This document shows, piece after piece, positions 46,609 through 57,167 of a stretch of DNA of 64,000 nt (its first letter is position 1; every line of letters starts with the position of its first letter). The stretch is taken from assembly GCA_041650695.1 (NCBI GenBank), contig JBAZKS010000013.1, forward strand, positions 8,600-72,599, in the 5' to 3' direction. This DNA is from Elusimicrobiota bacterium (GTDB lineage Bacteria > Elusimicrobiota > Elusimicrobia > UBA1565). A program made the translations under genes and the position numbers. The notes under the pieces were generated by a model. That model worked only from the letters and a program-made list of their open reading frames with translations. It was not told the DNA's origin and searched no databases.

Positions 46609-47613
46609 TCAGCGAGCGGAGTTAGCGGTCCTGCGCCGGCGGCCCTTGGGGGGCTTGTCGGCCAGCTTCGACATGGCGTTGGCCATGTCGTCGAGATCCG
46701 CGCGCAGCCGCAGCAATGCGCGGATGTCCTTGGGCTCGCGCAGCGGGTTCCAGGCCCCGGAGCGCTGGTTGAACACGTACTGGGTCGTGGCGCCGTCGGC
46801 GAGGAGGACGGCGTTCCCCTCCCAATCGTTCGCCCGGCTCTCGAGCCAGACCTTCTCGCGGGTCGCAGACCGGAGGCGCACCTGCAGGCGCGTCTCCGTG
46901 GACTCTCCCTTGACCTCGCTCACGTAGTCCATGATGTAGATGTGGTTGTCCTGGCGCCACGCGCGCAACCCGGGCCCGGAGGGGAGCATGGCCTCCTCCG
47001 ACGATCCCCCGGAAGGGGCCGGCTTCGCCTCGCGCGGAGGCTCGACCTTGAGCCGGCGCAGGGCCCGGAAGGTCTCCCTCGGCATGACCACGCGGGTCCA
47101 CTGCAGGTTCCCGGCCTCGTCCGCGTAGTCCTGGCTCGAGACCTCCTCGGCCAGGCCCGCGCTCGGGGGGAAGAAGATCTTGGCCGCGAACTCGGAGAGA
47201 CCCTCGTCCTGGGCGCTCTCCTCGGCCCCGTATTCCCGCTTGAGCGAGCGCGCGTAGCAGAAGCTCTTGAGGTCGTAGATGATCTTCCCCTTCAGAGCCT
47301 CGTCGCGATACTCCCCCGAACGGAGCTCCTCGTAGTCCCGGGAGATCCTCGAAGTATGGGCCTTGACGTTCTCCAGCAGGTTCAGCGCGGCCCGGCCGAA
47401 CGAGACGGCCTTGGTGATGTCCGGGTCCGGCTTGATCTCGCTCGCCCCCACCCCGACGAGGGCCTGCCCGCCCTGAAGCCCGACGTACGGCTTGTCGACC
47501 CAATCCGGGGCCGCCGACAGGACCTCGGGAGTCTCGCGCTCGGCCGCCGCGTACGAGGCGGCGACGAGCGCGGCCAGGGCCGCGGCGAGTCCAGCAGTCG
47601 TCTTCAAACCCAT
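46609..47613 (-). CDS. Secreted hypothetical protein (334 aa)
   Basis: Signal peptide MGLKTTAGLAAALAALVAASYAAA and a balanced composition. The overlapping alternative-frame ORF 46622-47632 is Arg/Gly-rich junk. Confidence 0.6.
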   Translation of the reverse strand: MGLKTTAGLAAALAALVAASYAAAERETPEVLSAAPDWVDKPYVGLQGGQALVGVGASEIKPDPDITKAVSFGRAALNLLENVKAHTSRISRDYEELRSGEYRDEALKGKIIYDLKSFCYARSLKREYGAEESAQDEGLSEFAAKIFFPPSAGLAEEVSSQDYADEAGNLQWTRVVMPRETFRALRRLKVEPPREAKPAPSGGSSEEAMLPSGPGLRAWRQDNHIYIMDYVSEVKGESTETRLQVRLRSATREKVWLESRANDWEGNAVLLADGATTQYVFNQRSGAWNPLREPKDIRALLRLRADLDDMANAMSKLADKPPKGRRRRTANSAR

Positions 47614-47672
47614 GTCCGCTTATTCTATACATATTGGAGCCTTGCTAGCCAATTCCCTATAATCTACGGACC

Positions 47673-48950
47673 ATGAACCCACAGACCCCGGCGCAGAAAG
47701 CCAAGGCCAAGAAGATCAAGGAAGACGGCTGCCGCCACATCTACGAGATCGAAGTACCGGCGCAGCGCGTGCAGGAGACCATCGAGAACGCCATCGTCCG
47801 CGTGCAGAACCAGGCCCGCATCGCGGGGTTCCGCAAGGGCAAAGCGCCCTTGGCCCTGGTCAAGCAGATGTACGGCGACGCGGCCCGCTCCGACGCGGCG
47901 GACCAGATCATCAAGGACGCCGTGGCCGAGACCGTGCACGAGCTGGGCCTGCGGCCCGTGAGCATGCCCGCCGTGGACAACGTCCGCCTGGAGGGCGCAA
48001 GCCCGCTCCGCTTCGAGCTGCATCTCGACGTAGCCCCCACGTTCACGCCCAAGGGCTACAAGGGCATCGAGGTGAGCAAGACCGAACGCACGGCCACGGA
48101 CGCCGAGGTCGAGGAAAGGCTCAAAGCCCTCCAGGAGGGCAACGCCCGCCTTGAGCGCGTGGAGACCGAGGGGGCCGGCAAGGACCACTACCTCGTCATC
48201 GACTACGAACTCTCCCAGGACGGCAAGCCCGTCCCCAACGGACAGGGCAAGGCCGAACTCGTAGACATGTCCTCGGATCAGACCATCGAGGGCCTCGCGG
48301 CGGGTCTCGTCGGCGCCAAGCGCGCCGAGCCCCGCGAGTTCGACGTGAAGCTCGACGGCAAGCCCGCGCGCTGCAAGGCCACGGTCCACGAGATCAAGAA
48401 GAAGGTCCTGCCCGCGCTCGACGACGACTTCGCCAAGGACCTGGGCGTGGGAGCCCTCGCGGACCTCCGGACGGAGCTGCGCAAGATCATCCAGAACGAG
48501 CACGAGGAAAAGTCGCGCCGCGAGGTCGCCCTCCAGATCGAGAAGGCCCTGCTCAAGACGAACGCGTTCCCGGCCCCGAAGTCCCTGGCCGAGGGCCGCC
48601 TGCAGGACATGATGGAGCGCATCCGGCTGCGCCTGGTCGGCCGCGAGCGGGAGCTCCCGGAGAAGCAGGCCGCGGAGATCCGCCAGAAGCTCCAGCCGGA
48701 GGCCGAGGATCAGGTCCGCCTGCAGTTCATCCTCGCCGAGATCGCGCGCCAGGAGAAGATCGAGGTCACGGACGCCGACGTCCGCCAGGAGCTCGACCGG
48801 AGCCTGGAGCGAGCGCAGGACGAGGCGGGGCGCAAGGACACCCGGGAGTTCTTCGAGAAGAACCCCGACGAGATCCGCGCGGCCATCCGCGAGGCCAAGG
48901 TCCTCAAGCTCATCCGCGACGAGGCCAAGGTCAAGACGGTGAAAGGCTAA
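47673..48950 (+). CDS. tig: Trigger factor
   Basis: Ribosome-binding motif GFRKGKAPL, an FKBP-like PPIase domain, and a C-terminal arm. It carries an unusual Lys-rich N-terminal extension. Confidence 0.92.
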   Translation: MNPQTPAQKAKAKKIKEDGCRHIYEIEVPAQRVQETIENAIVRVQNQARIAGFRKGKAPLALVKQMYGDAARSDAADQIIKDAVAETVHELGLRPVSMPAVDNVRLEGASPLRFELHLDVAPTFTPKGYKGIEVSKTERTATDAEVEERLKALQEGNARLERVETEGAGKDHYLVIDYELSQDGKPVPNGQGKAELVDMSSDQTIEGLAAGLVGAKRAEPREFDVKLDGKPARCKATVHEIKKKVLPALDDDFAKDLGVGALADLRTELRKIIQNEHEEKSRREVALQIEKALLKTNAFPAPKSLAEGRLQDMMERIRLRLVGRERELPEKQAAEIRQKLQPEAEDQVRLQFILAEIARQEKIEVTDADVRQELDRSLERAQDEAGRKDTREFFEKNPDEIRAAIREAKVLKLIRDEAKVKTVKG

Positions 48951-48967
48951 ACTGCTATACTCGACTA

Positions 48968-49570
48968 ATGATCATCCCCACGATCCTCGAACGCTGGAAC
49001 CAGGGCGCCGCCATCGGCTACGACATCTACTCGAGGCTGCTCAAAGACCGCATCATCTTCGTCGGCGGCTGGGAGGGAGTGGTCACCACGGACTCCGCGA
49101 ACCTCCTCATCGCGCAGATGCTCTATCTCGAGGCCGAGGACCCGGACAAGGACATCTTCCTCTACATCAACTCGCCGGGAGGGATGGTCACCGCGGGGCT
49201 GGCCGTCTACGACACGATGCAGTACATCCGGGCCCCCATCACCACCATCTGCATGGGCATGGCCATGTCCTTCGGGGCCGTGCTCCTCGCGGCAGGATCG
49301 CCCGGCAAGCGCATGGCGCTGCCGTACGCCCGCATCATGATCCACCAGCCCATCATCTACGGGGGGCTCTCCGGCCAGGTCACGGACATCGTCATCGAGG
49401 CCAAGGAGATGGAGCGGACCAAAGCCCGCCTGGCGGCCCTCTTCTCCAAGCACACCGGCCGTTCCCCCGAGAACATCACCAAGGACATGGAGCGCAACTA
49501 CTACATGTCCGCCAAGGAAGCCAAGGAGTACGGGATCATCGACGCGGTGATCGAGACCAAGACGAAATGA
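48968..49570 (+). CDS. clpP: ATP-dependent Clp protease proteolytic subunit
   Basis: [15 protein letters not shown]...[15 protein letters not shown]...MIHQP gives the Ser-His-Asp triad context. Confidence 0.95.
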   Translation: MIIPTILERWNQGAAIGYDIYSRLLKDRIIFVGGWEGVVTTDSANLLIAQMLYLEAEDPDKDIFLYINSPGGMVTAGLAVYDTMQYIRAPITTICMGMAMSFGAVLLAAGSPGKRMALPYARIMIHQPIIYGGLSGQVTDIVIEAKEMERTKARLAALFSKHTGRSPENITKDMERNYYMSAKEAKEYGIIDAVIETKTK

Positions 49571-51999
49571 GCGAGGCTCCGAAGCGGCCGGAGCTGCCGC
49601 GCCGGCTGCCCCTGCTCGCGGTCCGGGACATCGTCATCTTCCCCCACATGGGAGCGCCCCTTTCGGTGGGCCGAGATCGGTCCATCAAGGCCCTGGAGAC
49701 GGCCAAGAGGGCGGGCAAGCTCGTCACGGTCGCGACCCAGCGCAAGCCCTCCATCGAGGACCCCAAGGAGAGCGACCTCTACCCGGTGGGAGTCCTGGCC
49801 GAGATCTCCCAGTTCCTGCGCATGCCGGACGGGACGCTCAAGGTCTCCCTGCAGGGGCTCACGCGCGTCAAGTTCGCGAAGCTCGAGATCGTCCCGGGCG
49901 GCTGGTGGGAAGCCGAGCTCTCCTACCCGGAGGAGCCTTGGGCCCCGTCCAAGGCCCTGGAAGCCCTCGTCCGGCAGAACCTGCAGGCCTTCGAAGGGCT
50001 CCTGCGGATCACGCACCGGGCTCCGCCCGAGACGGTCGCCTCCCTCGCGCAGGTCCGCGACCCGTCGCGCCTTTCGGACATCATCGCGGCCCACGGGATC
50101 AGCAAGCTCGAGGAGCGGCAGTCCCTGCTCGAGTCGTTCCCCCCCGAGGAGCGCCTGCTCAAGCTCGCCGAGCTCCTGGGGAGCGAGATCCAGATCGTCC
50201 AGCTCGAGCGCCGCATCCACTCCCGAGTGCGCACGCAGATCCAGAAATCCCAGAAGGAGTACTACCTGCAGGAGCAGATGAAGGCCATCCAGAAGGAGCT
50301 CCGGCAGAAGGACGACTTCGCCAAGGAGATCGACGAACTGCGCGAGAAGGTCGCCGCCGCCTCCATGCCGAAGGCGGCGGCCGAGGCCTCGCTCAAGGAG
50401 ATCGCTCGCCTTGAGAAGATGATGCCTTTCTCTCCCGAGGCCACGGTCTGCCGCTCCTACCTCGACTGGATGATCGCGCTCCCGTGGGCCAAGAAGACCC
50501 GGGAGAGGCTCGACATCCCGCGCGCCCGCGCCATCCTCGACGAGGACCACTTCGGGCTCCAGAAGGCCAAGGAACGCATCCTGGAGTACCTCGCGGTGTG
50601 CAAGCTCACCAAGAAGCTGCGCGGTCCCATCCTGTGCTTCGTGGGACCTCCCGGTGTGGGCAAGACCTCGCTCGGCCGCTCCATCGCCCGGGCGGTCAAC
50701 CGCACCTTCGTGCGCATCTCGCTGGGCGGGGTGAGGGACGAGGCCGAGATCCGCGGGCATCGGCGCACCTACATCGGGTCGCTGCCCGGACGCGTCATCT
50801 TGTCCATGCGCAAGGCCAAGAGCCGCAACCCCGTGTTCCTCCTCGACGAGATCGACAAGATGGGCGTGGACTGGCGGGGCGACCCGGCCGCGGCCCTGCT
50901 CGAGGTGCTCGACCCGGAGCAGAACTCGGGCTTCCTGGACCACTATCTGGATGTGGAGTTCGACCTCTCCTCCGTCATGTTCCTGTGCACGGCGAACACC
51001 CTGGAGGGCATCCCGGTGAGCCTGCAGGACCGGCTCGAGGTCATCCGCTTCCCCGGCTACACCTACCGGGAGAAGCTCGAGATCGCCAAGGGCTACCTCA
51101 TCCCGAAGCAGGTGCGCCTGCACGGCCTCTCCCCCGAGAAGGTCTCCGTGGACGACGACGCCGTCTCCCGGATGATCCACGAGTACACCCGCGAGGCCGG
51201 GGTCCGGAACCTCGAACGGGAACTCGCCGGCATGTGCCGCAAGACGGCGCGCAGGTTCGTGGAGGAGCGCTGCGGGAAGATACGGGTCTGCGCCGGGAAC
51301 CTGCAGGACCTGCTGGGCATCCCCAAATTCCTGCCCGAGGAAAAGACGCACAACGCGGTGGGGGTGGCCACCGGCCTGGCCTGGACCGAGGTGGGAGGGC
51401 AGCTCCTGGACATCGAGGCGGTGCGCTACCCGGGGAACGGGAAGGTCCATCTCACGGGCAAGCTCGGCTCCGTCATGCAGGAGTCGGCCAAGGCGTCGCT
51501 TTCCTATATCCATTCCTCCGCTGAGAGCCTCGGCATCCCGCTGGATGCGTTCAAGAACAGGAATTTCCACATCCATGTCCCCGAGGGAGCCACGCCCAAG
51601 GACGGGCCGTCCGCGGGGATCGCCATCGCCACGGCCCTGGCGAGCCTGCTCACCGGCAGACCCGTCCTCCCAGGCCTGGCCATGACCGGCGAGATCACCC
51701 TCCTGGGCCGAGTCCTCGCCATCGGGGGCTTGAAGGAGAAGGTGATGGCCGCCCACCGGGCCGGGGTGCAGACCGTCCTTTTCCCGGAGCAGAACAGGAA
51801 GGACCTCGAGGAGATCCCGAAGGACGTCCTCTGTGCCGTCGCCATGGTGGGGGTGACCCACGTCCAGGAGGTCTTCGAACGGGCGCTGGCTCCCGGCGAA
51901 GCCGCTCCGAAGCCGACGCGGCAGCCCCGCCCCCGGTGGAAAGGCATGCCCCGGAAGCCTGAGGCTCCCGGACGAGGAGAAGGCCTCCCGCTATCGTGA
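49567..51999 (+). CDS. lon: ATP-dependent Lon protease (LonA)
   Basis: LonN domain, Walker [10 protein letters not shown], and the S16 domain [10 protein letters not shown]...IGGLKEK. It overlaps the clpP stop by 4 nt. Confidence 0.95.
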   Translation: MSEAPKRPELPRRLPLLAVRDIVIFPHMGAPLSVGRDRSIKALETAKRAGKLVTVATQRKPSIEDPKESDLYPVGVLAEISQFLRMPDGTLKVSLQGLTRVKFAKLEIVPGGWWEAELSYPEEPWAPSKALEALVRQNLQAFEGLLRITHRAPPETVASLAQVRDPSRLSDIIAAHGISKLEERQSLLESFPPEERLLKLAELLGSEIQIVQLERRIHSRVRTQIQKSQKEYYLQEQMKAIQKELRQKDDFAKEIDELREKVAAASMPKAAAEASLKEIARLEKMMPFSPEATVCRSYLDWMIALPWAKKTRERLDIPRARAILDEDHFGLQKAKERILEYLAVCKLTKKLRGPILCFVGPPGVGKTSLGRSIARAVNRTFVRISLGGVRDEAEIRGHRRTYIGSLPGRVILSMRKAKSRNPVFLLDEIDKMGVDWRGDPAAALLEVLDPEQNSGFLDHYLDVEFDLSSVMFLCTANTLEGIPVSLQDRLEVIRFPGYTYREKLEIAKGYLIPKQVRLHGLSPEKVSVDDDAVSRMIHEYTREAGVRNLERELAGMCRKTARRFVEERCGKIRVCAGNLQDLLGIPKFLPEEKTHNAVGVATGLAWTEVGGQLLDIEAVRYPGNGKVHLTGKLGSVMQESAKASLSYIHSSAESLGIPLDAFKNRNFHIHVPEGATPKDGPSAGIAIATALASLLTGRPVLPGLAMTGEITLLGRVLAIGGLKEKVMAAHRAGVQTVLFPEQNRKDLEEIPKDVLCAVAMVGVTHVQEVFERALAPGEAAPKPTRQPRPRWKGMPRKPEAPGRGEGLPLS

Positions 52000-53072
52000 G
52001 GCGCCTGCTGCTCACTCCCGGTCCCACCCCGCTGCCGCCTTCGGTCCTCAAGCGCCTCGGCGCGCCCATCCTCCACCACCGCACGCGCGAGTTCAAGGAC
52101 CTCTTCGCGGGCCTGCAGGCGGGCCTCAAGTCCGTCTTCCGGACGCGCCGCGACGTGCTGGTCATGGCGGCCTCCGGGACCGGCGCTATGGAGAGCGCCG
52201 TCTGCAACCTCCTCTCCGCGAACGACAGGGTCGTGGTGCACGTGACCGGCGTGTTCGGCGAACGCTTCGTCAAGATCGTCCGGGCGTACGGCCTCGATCC
52301 CGTGGTCCTCGAGGAGGCCTGGGGCGATCCCGCGGACCCGGGCCGCCTGCGCGAGACCCTGCGCCGCGAGCGCGGCGTGCGCGCGGTCTTCTTCCAGCAC
52401 GTGGATACGTCCACGGCGGTCGTCAACGACGTCCGCGCCTTGGCCGATGTCGTCCGGAAGGAGTCCGACGCCTTGACCGTGGTGGACGCGGTCTCTTCGC
52501 TCGGCGGGGAACGCCTGGAGACGGACGGCTGGGCTCTGGACGTGGTCGTGAGCGCGTCGCAGAAAGGCCTCATGTGCCCTCCGGGCCTGGCCTACGCCTG
52601 CGTGGGGGACCGGGCCTGGGCAGTGTCTTCGGTGTGCAGGTCCCCGCGCTTCTACTTCGACTGGCGCGCCATGCGAAAAGGACTCCCGGAGTCCCAGACG
52701 CCCTTCACGCCCGCGATCTCGATCGTCACGGCTCAATGCGAGGCGTTGCGCCTCATGTCCAAGCATGGGCTCCCGAGGATCTGGGCGAAGACCGCGTCCC
52801 TCGCCGAGCATACGCGCGCGGGCCTTCGCAAGATGGGCTTGGAGCTCTTCTCCAAGGCTCCGGCGCATGTCCTCACCGCCGCCTGCCTGCCGGAGGGCGT
52901 GGACGGGAAAGCCCTCATCCGGGACGTCCGCGCCAAGACAGGCATCTCCATGGCCGGCGGACAGGGCCGCCTGGAGGGCAGGATCGTGCGCATCGCGCAC
53001 ATGGGGCACATCAACCGGCGGGACGTGGACGCGGGGCTCAAGGCGCTGAAGGCTTACCTTCATAAGGCATAG
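51996..53072 (+). CDS. Class V aminotransferase (serine-pyruvate/alanine-glyoxylate aminotransferase-like)
   Basis: LLLTPGPTPLPPSVLKRL and SASQKGLMCPPGL (PLP-Lys) motifs. Confidence 0.88.
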   Translation: MRRLLLTPGPTPLPPSVLKRLGAPILHHRTREFKDLFAGLQAGLKSVFRTRRDVLVMAASGTGAMESAVCNLLSANDRVVVHVTGVFGERFVKIVRAYGLDPVVLEEAWGDPADPGRLRETLRRERGVRAVFFQHVDTSTAVVNDVRALADVVRKESDALTVVDAVSSLGGERLETDGWALDVVVSASQKGLMCPPGLAYACVGDRAWAVSSVCRSPRFYFDWRAMRKGLPESQTPFTPAISIVTAQCEALRLMSKHGLPRIWAKTASLAEHTRAGLRKMGLELFSKAPAHVLTAACLPEGVDGKALIRDVRAKTGISMAGGQGRLEGRIVRIAHMGHINRRDVDAGLKALKAYLHKA

Positions 53073-53236
53073 GGCGCGTCCGCCCTGGGACAGTCGCCCT
53101 CCCTCGGGCCCAGAGCCCTCTTCCCGAACGGACTACGCGGAAGTAGGCCCAATTCCTCCTCGAGCGGTCCCCTTGCGGCCCATGCTATCCGCCGGTATTC
53201 CCACTAAAATCTCACTGTATGGACAGGAGAGCCACG

Positions 53237-56200
53237 ATGAAGCTTCCCAGAATCGCCGGCAAGCCCCTCGCATTACTGCTTTCGGCCATCCTCCTTTTAG
53301 GGCCCGGCGCCTCGGCTTGGGCGAACGTCGCGAGCGTGAGTCTCCCGCAAGCGCCCGTGGCCCCCGGCCAGGCCGGCATGGCCGGCGTGGCGATGACCAA
53401 GGTCGTCGACCTGAAGCTCGGCGACATGCCGATCTCAATCACCCCCGCGCTGGGGGGCGTGAACGCGAACCTCCTGGCTCCCAAGGTCTCCCCGGTCCTC
53501 ACTCCCACGCTTGGCCAGGCCCAGGCGGTCGCGCTGGAGCCCCAGACGCTCCAAGCGGTCCAGGCCGCGGGCTCGGCCCAGGCTGTGGAGCGGCACCCGG
53601 TCATCGGCATCCTCAACGCGCTCCAGCGCTCCGGGGTGTCCCTGCCGGACAGCCTGAGCACACCGCAGGACCTGGCCAAGCTCCAGGCCGCTGCCGAGGC
53701 ACTGCCGGACGGCAAGGCCAAGCAGGACCTCCTCGCCTTCGCCAAGGCGCTTTCCCTGCCGGACAACGCGGCGCAGGGCGCGGGACTCGCCCAGGCTTTC
53801 GACAATTCCTCCCTCATGCCCGCCGCGGAAGCGGCGTCGGCCACCGGCTTCTGGGCCAAGCTGTCCCAGTCCAGGCTCGTCCCCTCGGGCTTGAAGAAGT
53901 ACGCCGCGGACAAGGCCGAGGCGCAGCGCAAGAAGGCCCCCCTCATCGACACGGCCAAACTGCAGGTCCCGGCCGAGAAGATGCGCTGGGCCCCGCAGGA
54001 GAGCGAGCTCCCTGAGACGACCAAGGCCGTGGACGCGAAAGGCCCCCTCATCGTGGGGCAGGACCGGGCGCTCAAGGCCCTCAAGTTCGGGCTCAAGATG
54101 CCGGGCCGGGGCTACAACGTCATCGCCGTGGGAGAAGACGGCACCGGCCGCGAGACCGCGATCCGCGCCCTCCTCTCCCGCTTGGCCCCGCAGATGGCCA
54201 CGCCGGACGACATGGTGGCCGTGACCAATGTCCAGGACAAGGACAAGCCCATCGTGCTCCGCCTCGCTCCGGGGCAGGGACAGGCTTATAAGGAAGGCGT
54301 GAAGGGACTCGTCGAGGGCCTCAAGAAGGCCCTGCCCGAGATGATGAACTCCGGCCAGCTCGCCGAGGCTCAGAAGGGCATGGTCGAGGAGTTCAAGAAG
54401 GAAGCGCGCGAGCAGCAGAAAGCGCTCGACGCCGAGGTCGCGAAGGTGAGCATCCGCGGCGAATTCGGGCTCAAGGTGGAGATCCGGCAGGTGGATGAGG
54501 AGCGCGTGGCCGTCGTGGCCTTGCTGACCAAGGGCGGCCAGGCGGTCAAGCCCGAGGACATCGATTCCCTCATCGAGGGCAAGGGCTACACCCGGCAGGA
54601 GCTCGAGTCCGAGATGCAGGAGGCCGCGGCCCCCTTCGTGGAGAAGTACGGGGAGATGCTCCAGGCCCAGCAGAAGCAGATGGCCGAGATCCAGGAGAAG
54701 CTCGGAGCCATGGTGGGCCAGGTGGCGGGCATGCTGGTGCAGCAGTTGGGCGCGCCTCTCCTTAAAATAGCCTCGGGGCAGAGCGTGCAGACCCCGGAGA
54801 TGAAGGCCTTCCAGCAGAAGGCCGAGGCCATGCAGGCCGCGTTCGAGGAGGAGCTCTCCAAGGTCCGCGTCGGAGGCGCGCTTGGGCTAGCCTTCAACAT
54901 GACGCCTCAGGGGCTGGGCCTGATGCTCACCTACGAAGGCCAGCCCGTGGATGAGGAAGGATTCAACCAGCTCAAGGCCCAGGGCATCGTGGCCAAGGAC
55001 GCGGACTGGACGCTCATCCAGCGCGAGGCCTTCACCGCCGCCCAGCCGTTCATCGAGAAGTTCAAGACCATGATGAGCGCCCTCCAAGCCGAAGCCAAGG
55101 CGCTCAAGAAGAAGACGCCTCCGCCCACGCAGTCGCAGATGCAGGCCGTGGCGTACACCCAGGCCCTGCTGCAGGACGTCTCCTCGGCCTTCCCGCTCTT
55201 CCTGTCCCAGGGCCAGGAAGGAGTGCCGGACGCGTCCGAGAGGTACCTGGTCAGCGTGCTCGCGGACAACGGCGGGCGGAAGGGCGCTCCGGTCATCTTC
55301 GAGAAGAACCCGAACTTCAGCAACCTCTTCGGCTCGGCCGACGACAACGCCAAGACCCTGATGGTCCCGGGCGCCGGCATGGTCAAGCAGGAGGGCATCG
55401 GCGGACCCACCCTGAACAGCGGCGCCTACCTCAAGGCCAACGGCGGGTTCCTGGTGCTCGACCTCATGGACGTGCTGCGCGAGCCCAACGTGTACCCGGC
55501 GCTCTCGCGCATGATCCGCACCGGCCAGGCCGAGATCACCGGGGGCGGCCCCATGGCCGCCCTGCTGGGCGCCGGCGGCGGCGAGACCTATCAGGTCCCG
55601 GCCGAGGTCAAGGTCGTGCTCATCGCCTCGCCCATGCTGAGGATGATGCTCGAGCACTACGACGAGGACTTCGCGGGGATGTTCAAGGCCGTGGCCGAGT
55701 TCCAGAGCTCGCTCGAGATCGCCTCGGACACCATCGCCTACTACGTCCGCACCATGAAGCGCATGATCGAGCTCAGCTCCGGCAAGATGATGGACCTCAC
55801 GCGGGGAGCCATCGCGGCCGTACTCGAGTTCGCGGCCCGCATGGCCGAGAGCAACGAGAAGGTCTCGACCCGCTTCGGCCCCATCCGCGACCTGCTGCGC
55901 GAGGCTTCCTATTACGCCAAGCAGGCCGGCCACAGCCAGATCGGCCGCGACGACGTGGACCGCGCCGTGGCGGAGCGCCAGGTGCGGACGGGCGGCATGC
56001 GCGAGCGGGTCCACAGCTACTACAACAAGGGCATCTTCACCCTCCAGATCGAGGGCTCGGCCGTAGGACAGATCAACGGCCTGGCCGTCATGGGGGACTT
56101 CGGGGTGCCGATGCGCATCACGGTGCGCACCTCCGCCAACGGAGGCGGCCCGACGTTCGTCTCCGCGGACCAGCGCGCCGGGAGCACGGGCTCTTCGTTC

Positions 56201-56725
56201 AACAAGGCCCTGGAGGTCCTGGAAGGCTTCTTCGAGGGCCTCTTCGGGCAGAAGCGCCCCATCCCGGCCAAGTTCCGCATCTCCTTCGAGCAGAACTACG
56301 GAGGGATCGACGGGGACTCGGCGACGCAGACTCAGATCTACGCCGCCCTCTCGAGCCTGGCCGAGGTGCCGATCAAGCAGGGCATCTCCATCACCGGCTC
56401 GGCCGACCAGTTCGGCAACGTGCAGGCCATCGGCGGGGTCAACCACAAGATCGAGGGCTACTTCGACGTGGTCACGGCCAAGCTCAAGTCCCAGGGCAAG
56501 GAGATGACCGGCGAGCAGGGAGTCATCATCCCGGAGAGCAACGTGGGGGACCTCGCGCTGCGGCCGGACATCGTGGAAGCGGTCAAGGCGGGCAAGTTCC
56601 ACATCTGGGCCGTCAAGCACGTGAGCCAGGGCGTCGAGATCCTGACCGGCCTGCCCTACTCCGAGGTGCTGCTCAAGGCCAATGCGCGCCTGAACGGCTT
56701 CGGCGGAGGGATGCGAAGGAAGTAA
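53237..56725 (+). CDS. Secreted Lon-like protease (COG1067/LonC-like) with a degenerate AAA Walker A and an intact S16 Ser-Lys dyad
   Basis: The ATG at 53237 follows a GGAGAG RBS. Signal peptide MKLPRIAGKPLALLLSAILLLGPGASAWA. GQDRALKALKFGLKMPGRGYNVIAVGEDGTGRETAI matches the COG1067 N-domain, but its Walker A GEDGTGRE replaces canonical GPPGTGKS/T. The C-terminal DGDSATQ...ITGSADQFGNVQAIGGVNHKIEG matches the Lon S16 Ser...Lys dyad. Confidence 0.8.
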   Translation: MKLPRIAGKPLALLLSAILLLGPGASAWANVASVSLPQAPVAPGQAGMAGVAMTKVVDLKLGDMPISITPALGGVNANLLAPKVSPVLTPTLGQAQAVALEPQTLQAVQAAGSAQAVERHPVIGILNALQRSGVSLPDSLSTPQDLAKLQAAAEALPDGKAKQDLLAFAKALSLPDNAAQGAGLAQAFDNSSLMPAAEAASATGFWAKLSQSRLVPSGLKKYAADKAEAQRKKAPLIDTAKLQVPAEKMRWAPQESELPETTKAVDAKGPLIVGQDRALKALKFGLKMPGRGYNVIAVGEDGTGRETAIRALLSRLAPQMATPDDMVAVTNVQDKDKPIVLRLAPGQGQAYKEGVKGLVEGLKKALPEMMNSGQLAEAQKGMVEEFKKEAREQQKALDAEVAKVSIRGEFGLKVEIRQVDEERVAVVALLTKGGQAVKPEDIDSLIEGKGYTRQELESEMQEAAAPFVEKYGEMLQAQQKQMAEIQEKLGAMVGQVAGMLVQQLGAPLLKIASGQSVQTPEMKAFQQKAEAMQAAFEEELSKVRVGGALGLAFNMTPQGLGLMLTYEGQPVDEEGFNQLKAQGIVAKDADWTLIQREAFTAAQPFIEKFKTMMSALQAEAKALKKKTPPPTQSQMQAVAYTQALLQDVSSAFPLFLSQGQEGVPDASERYLVSVLADNGGRKGAPVIFEKNPNFSNLFGSADDNAKTLMVPGAGMVKQEGIGGPTLNSGAYLKANGGFLVLDLMDVLREPNVYPALSRMIRTGQAEITGGGPMAALLGAGGGETYQVPAEVKVVLIASPMLRMMLEHYDEDFAGMFKAVAEFQSSLEIASDTIAYYVRTMKRMIELSSGKMMDLTRGAIAAVLEFAARMAESNEKVSTRFGPIRDLLREASYYAKQAGHSQIGRDDVDRAVAERQVRTGGMRERVHSYYNKGIFTLQIEGSAVGQINGLAVMGDFGVPMRITVRTSANGGGPTFVSADQRAGSTGSSFNKALEVLEGFFEGLFGQKRPIPAKFRISFEQNYGGIDGDSATQTQIYAALSSLAEVPIKQGISITGSADQFGNVQAIGGVNHKIEGYFDVVTAKLKSQGKEMTGEQGVIIPESNVGDLALRPDIVEAVKAGKFHIWAVKHVSQGVEILTGLPYSEVLLKANARLNGFGGGMRRK

Positions 56726-56840
56726 GCGGTTTGTCTCCTTGAACAAAATCGCCTCCGCTTGCGGAGGCGATTTTGCTTTCCAGGGCAACCGAGCTGAAAA
56801 TCTGGTAAAATCTCAGTCCCACTACGTCAGTGGGGAACAT

Positions 56841-56912
56841 TCCGGCGTAGCTCAACGGTAGAGCGTCCCGCTGTTAACGGGAGGGTTGTAGGTTCGAATC
56901 CTACCGCCGGAG
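56841..56912 (+). tRNA. tRNA-Asn (anticodon GTT)
   Basis: TCCGGCGTAGCTCAACGGTAGAGCGTCCCGCTGTTAACGGGAGGGTTGTAGGTTCGAATCCTACCGCCGGAG folds as a cloverleaf with U33 and a GTT anticodon. Confidence 0.85.
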
Positions 56913-56922
56913 ATTTCATCAG

Positions 56923-57056
56923 AAAGGACCGAGGGGCTCCACCCCGAGGTCCTTTCGTATTGGGGGTGAAATCTCCGGCTGTCCTCGCGCTCAGAAGCGC
57001 GAGGGCGCCGGAGCATCTCTCAGACCAAAACCTCGGCTCTCAATGCCGAGGTTTTT
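56923..57056. terminator. Three consecutive stem-loops after tRNA-Asn; the last is a canonical bidirectional rho-independent terminator
   Basis: Hairpin 1 is 56923-56955 (aaaggacc...ggtccttt). Hairpin 2 is 56974-57013 (ctccggc-tgt-cctcgcgc / gcgcgagg-gc-gccggag). Hairpin 3 is 57027-57056 (AAAAcctcggc-tctcaat-gccgaggTTTTT). Confidence 0.55.
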
Positions 57057-57123
57057 GACGTATTGGGGGAGAGGGCTCCGGCAGTGCCGCGCATCAGGAG
57101 GGCGCGGCGCCGCCGGAGCCCTC

Positions 57124-57143
57124 GACTGTGGTCGCCCACAGTT
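57124..57143. promoter_or_regulatory. Palindrome GACTGTGG-tcgc-CCACAGTT (motif copy c)
   Basis: Lies 25 bp downstream of the stop of the minus-strand gene 57168-57491. One arm mismatch; same motif as the other two copies. Confidence 0.5.
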
Positions 57144-57167
57144 CAAGCTCCGAGGGCTGAGGCTTTC

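Noticed and set aside
46622-47632. 336-aa alternative-frame ORF overlapping the secreted protein gene 46609-47613
   Set aside because: Arg/Gly/Pro-rich junk composition. The other frame has a signal peptide and balanced composition.
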